From Candidatus Omnitrophota bacterium (GTDB lineage: Bacteria; Omnitrophota; Gorgyraeia; Aquiviventales; Aquiviventaceae): a stretch of DNA of 64,000 nucleotides. Location: positions 118,332 to 182,331 of the forward strand of contig JACPSR010000142.1 in the NCBI GenBank assembly GCA_016193175.1. The letters are read 5' to 3'. Below are positions 61,338-64,000 of the stretch, in pieces; position 1 is the stretch's first letter; every line of letters starts with the position of its first letter. The notes beneath the pieces are model-generated. The model worked only from the letters and a program-made list of their open reading frames with translations. It ran no database searches and was not told the origin of the DNA. A program made the position numbers and the translations under genes.

Positions 61338-62170
61338 AGATCGCGGCGGTCTATTCGGTTTTCAACGAAGAGGAGTATATCGCCTACTCCATCCGGTCTG
61401 TGCGGGATCACGTCGATCAGGTCGTCGTCACGATCAACGAAGGGCCGTGGGTGCGCCCCGGCGGCTCACTTCCACGCGCCTGGGTCGCAGACCGAACCGA
61501 GGCCATCGTCAGGACGTTGGCTCAGCAGGATGCAAAGATCACGATCCTGAAAGGCTCCTGGCCGACGGAGGTGGCTCACCGGCAGGCCGGGATGGCGTCC
61601 TGCCTCGAGCGCGGCGTTGACTACTACTTCCTCGTGGACGGGGACGAAGTCTACCGCCCAGACCATCTGCGCTGCCTGCTCGACGACGTCCGCTCCCATC
61701 CCCACGTGGGCACCTTTCTGATCAAGTGCGCAATCTTCTGGAGGAGCTTTGCCTACCGGATCCCTCCCCAGGCGATGAAGTGGACGCCATGGAGGGTCTT
61801 CAAAATCGATCGGCGGCGGCGCATCCTCGGGATCCCATTCCCCTATGAGACCATGTTCATCGGCGATAATCGAGCGAACAGCCTCGGCCCGCGCTACCTC
61901 GTGCCACCCGAGCGGTGCTTCTTCTACCATTTTTCGTATGCGAGGTCCGAGCAGAAGATGCGGCAGAAAATCGCGACGTTCTCCGTCGCCGATCAGGTGC
62001 GAAGCGACTGGTTCGAGAAAATCTGGCTCGCCTGGCCTTCGCAGCGGGACATGCGCAACATCCACCCGATGGTTCCCGAAGAGTTTCCGATCGCCCAACG
62101 GATTGAGCCATTGGATCTGCCGGAGGTGATGACCGCCCACCCCTACTTCCACATGGAGATTATTCCCTGA
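61334..62170 (+). CDS. Hypothetical glycosyltransferase-like protein (GT-A/GT2-like)
   Basis: MKIAAVYSVFNEEEYIAYSIRSV.. and a DxD-like motif ..YYFLVDGDEVY.. ATGA overlap with the upstream stop. The family is not recognised with certainty. Confidence 0.45.
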   Translation: MKIAAVYSVFNEEEYIAYSIRSVRDHVDQVVVTINEGPWVRPGGSLPRAWVADRTEAIVRTLAQQDAKITILKGSWPTEVAHRQAGMASCLERGVDYYFLVDGDEVYRPDHLRCLLDDVRSHPHVGTFLIKCAIFWRSFAYRIPPQAMKWTPWRVFKIDRRRRILGIPFPYETMFIGDNRANSLGPRYLVPPERCFFYHFSYARSEQKMRQKIATFSVADQVRSDWFEKIWLAWPSQRDMRNIHPMVPEEFPIAQRIEPLDLPEVMTAHPYFHMEIIP

Positions 62171-62180
62171 CGGCCGATTG

Positions 62181-63197
62181 ATGAAAAAGCTTGCGAGAAA
62201 ACTCACCCATTGGGTGCTGCGGCGGACCGTTCGTGAGGGACGAAGCCGGCGTCGTGGGGCGGTGGCGCTTGGCGTGTGTCTGAATCACCGCATTTCACGG
62301 TTCAGCCCATTTCTGCGACTGGCCGGTGACGAGTTGTTGGCTGTCCGACTGGGTGAGGAGCTGTTTGCGCACTGCCCGGAGATTCGATCGTGGCGGCTGT
62401 ATGATGCGAAAGAAGCTGCTCGCATGAGGGCGGACCTCCTCATCGTGATGTCGCCGGACTACCCGGTCCCAACCGGATCGCGGTCAAAGAACGTCATGTG
62501 GTTGGGATTCGCCGGCTGGGCGAATCGAATCCCTCACCTGTTGGAGCGGTTCGAGTTGGTCTTCTGCGCCTCGGCCAGGCCCTGTGCCCAGCACCGGCAG
62601 TTGATCTACCTGCCGGTGCCGTGCGAAGATGAGCGGTTGTTCCGTCCTATTCAGCCGGATCCGCGTCTTGACTGTGAGGTGTCTTTCCTCGGAGGGTATT
62701 CGAGCGACTCGAGGCCTCCCGAGCATCTTGCGCGCTACCTGGTGCCGGCCACGCCCTTTCGATTTGCCATCTGGGGCTCCGATTGGCAGCACGCGGAGCC
62801 GCCGGTGCTGCGCGCGGCCTACCGGGGACGGTTGCCGGTGAGACTCGGGCCGGCGCTCTGCGTCTCCTCCCGGATCTGCCTCTCATGCCACGGCGTGTTT
62901 CACCATGAGGAGGATAACATGGTCTCACGGGCCATGAACATTCTGGCCTGTGAGGCGTTCGTCATCTCCGATTACCTGCCGTCGATGGAATGCCTCAGGG
63001 ACTACGTCGTCTTTACGGAAGGCGGAAAGGACCTGGAGGAAAAAATCCGCTACTACCTCGCCCATCCTGAAGAGCGGCAGGCGAGAGTTCGAGGTGCGCG
63101 CTCATTCATCCTTCAGCGCCACACGATGCGGCAGCGAGCCCAGATCATGGCACAGACGCTCGGCTTACGCTGGGACGACACAGATGATGTCGGTTGA
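62181..63197 (+). CDS. CgeB-like glycosyltransferase (DUF3880 / Glyco_trans_1_2-type), copy 2
   Basis: ..VSFLGGYSSDSRPPEHLARYL.., ..AMNILACEAFVISDYL.., ..KDLEEKIRYYLAHPEERQARVRGARSFILQRHTM.. This parallels the 55821 gene. Confidence 0.65.
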   Translation: MKKLARKLTHWVLRRTVREGRSRRRGAVALGVCLNHRISRFSPFLRLAGDELLAVRLGEELFAHCPEIRSWRLYDAKEAARMRADLLIVMSPDYPVPTGSRSKNVMWLGFAGWANRIPHLLERFELVFCASARPCAQHRQLIYLPVPCEDERLFRPIQPDPRLDCEVSFLGGYSSDSRPPEHLARYLVPATPFRFAIWGSDWQHAEPPVLRAAYRGRLPVRLGPALCVSSRICLSCHGVFHHEEDNMVSRAMNILACEAFVISDYLPSMECLRDYVVFTEGGKDLEEKIRYYLAHPEERQARVRGARSFILQRHTMRQRAQIMAQTLGLRWDDTDDVG

Positions 63198-64000
63198 GAC
63201 GGGGCAGCGGACGACGTGCCGCGTCTGTGATGCCAGGGCCCTCATCCCGGCGATTGACCTCGGTTCGCAGCCGTGGTGCAATCATTTTTTGCGTCCCGAT
63301 GAGATCGGGAGGGAACCGTTCTACCCCCTGCGGGTGGTCTACTGCGAGCGGTGCCGCACGGCGCAGCTCGACTACACGATCCCAAAGGAAGTCATGTTTG
63401 GCGACCACACCTACTTGACCGGAGTGACCCGGACCCTGTCGGAGCATTTCCGGCGCGTGGCCGAGGAGGTGGATACGCGGTTCTTCCAAGACGCCCCGGC
63501 CAAGTCGGTGCTGGACATCGGATCGAACGACGGCACGCAACTGCAGTGTTTCCAGGCGCTGGGCTACAACGTCCTGGGGATCGAATCGGCAAAGACGCCT
63601 GCACGAATTGCCGCCGAGAAGGGCGTAGAGACGGTCCAGGCCTTCTTCAACCGTGATGTGGTGCGACGGATCGGACGCCGCTTCCACGTCGTGACGGCTG
63701 CCGGGGTCTTCTTTCACTTGGAAGAGCTCCACTCGGCAACCGATGGCATCCGTGAGGCGCTGCGGGACGACGGCGTGTTTGCCATCCAATTCCTGTACAT
63801 GAAATCCATTGTCGAGGAAGGGTCCTTCGACCAAATCTACCATGAACATCTCGTCTACTACACGTTGGAGTCGCTTGAGGGGCTGTTGAGTCGTCACGGC
63901 CTGGCGCTGTTTGATGCGTACGTGGCGCCGATCCACGGGGGCTCCGTGATTGCGTTTGCAACGCACCAGGGGCGGCGGCAACCGACGCCTCGGCTGCAGG
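63184..64000 (+). CDS. NDP-sugar C-methyltransferase-like SAM methyltransferase (TylCIII-type zinc-ribbon + Methyltransf domains); the 3' end lies outside the window
   Basis: Not in the supplied ORF track because there is no stop before the window end. My translation: M(M)SVETGQRTTCRVCDARALIPAIDLGSQPWCNHFLRPDEIGREPFYPLRVVYCERCRTAQLDY..FGDHTYLTGVTRTL..SVLDIGSNDGTQLQCFQALGYNVLGIE..VVTAAGVFFHLEELHS..FDQIYHEHLVYY.. Starts at ATG 63184/63187 and overlaps the upstream stop. Confidence 0.75.
   Translation, partial: MMSVETGQRTTCRVCDARALIPAIDLGSQPWCNHFLRPDEIGREPFYPLRVVYCERCRTAQLDYTIPKEVMFGDHTYLTGVTRTLSEHFRRVAEEVDTRFFQDAPAKSVLDIGSNDGTQLQCFQALGYNVLGIESAKTPARIAAEKGVETVQAFFNRDVVRRIGRRFHVVTAAGVFFHLEELHSATDGIREALRDDGVFAIQFLYMKSIVEEGSFDQIYHEHLVYYTLESLEGLLSRHGLALFDAYVAPIHGGSVIAFATHQGRRQPTPRLQ

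Noticed and set aside
63145-63981. 278-aa minus-strand ORF at the 3' end, the longest ORF listed there.
   Set aside because: The plus strand carries an uninterrupted methyltransferase frame with a zinc ribbon and a SAM motif. The minus-strand product has no recognisable domain and has shadow-ORF composition.

Overview
This is a 64-kb window from a high-GC bacterium with diderm-type envelope genes (WaaL-family, GT9 heptosyltransferases). The taxon cannot be determined from the sequence alone. Almost the whole window is one same-strand surface-glycan (LPS core / O-antigen / EPS-type) biosynthesis island. It holds about 55 plus-strand genes, many joined by ATGA or TGATG start-stop overlaps. Only two elements lie on the minus strand: a GNAT gene and an internally deleted IS5-type transposase relic. 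Content: about twenty glycosyltransferases (GT1/GT4, GT2, two GT9, two CgeB-like); four GT-C-like polytopic membrane proteins plus three Dpm1/ArnC-like GT2s; and a WecA/MraY-type initiating transferase fused to a WbpM/PglF-N-like module. It also encodes an O-antigen-ligase-family protein, a fused TMD-NBD ABC exporter, an EPS-associated MarR-type regulator, two AsnB-family amidotransferases, six SAM methyltransferases, a NodU/CmcH carbamoyltransferase and an SGNH hydrolase. A sps/pse/leg-type nonulosonic-acid module is present (WecE-like aminotransferase, SDR, NeuB-like synthase, PseG::WecD-like fusion, cytidylyltransferase, class-III aminotransferase, GNAT). The most unusual items are: (1) a DegT aminotransferase coupled to an 867-aa Gfo/Idh/MocA::radical-SAM fusion, possibly a DesI/DesII-like sugar deoxygenation module carrying its own dehydrogenase; (2) a NeuB synthase lacking its SAF domain, with an orphan NeuB C-terminal/SAF fragment 4 kb downstream; (3) a gene-decay scar and an IS relic that split the island into blocks of different GC content; (4) several uncommon fusions (methyltransferase::P-loop, GT1::DUF218, WecA::WbpM-N, a triple WaaE-like GT2 array); (5) a 140-bp nested palindrome built from about ten CACAG/CTGTG units in front of the ligase gene. 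No rRNA, tRNA or CRISPR was seen. All functional calls come from reading motifs by eye; no database search was possible.
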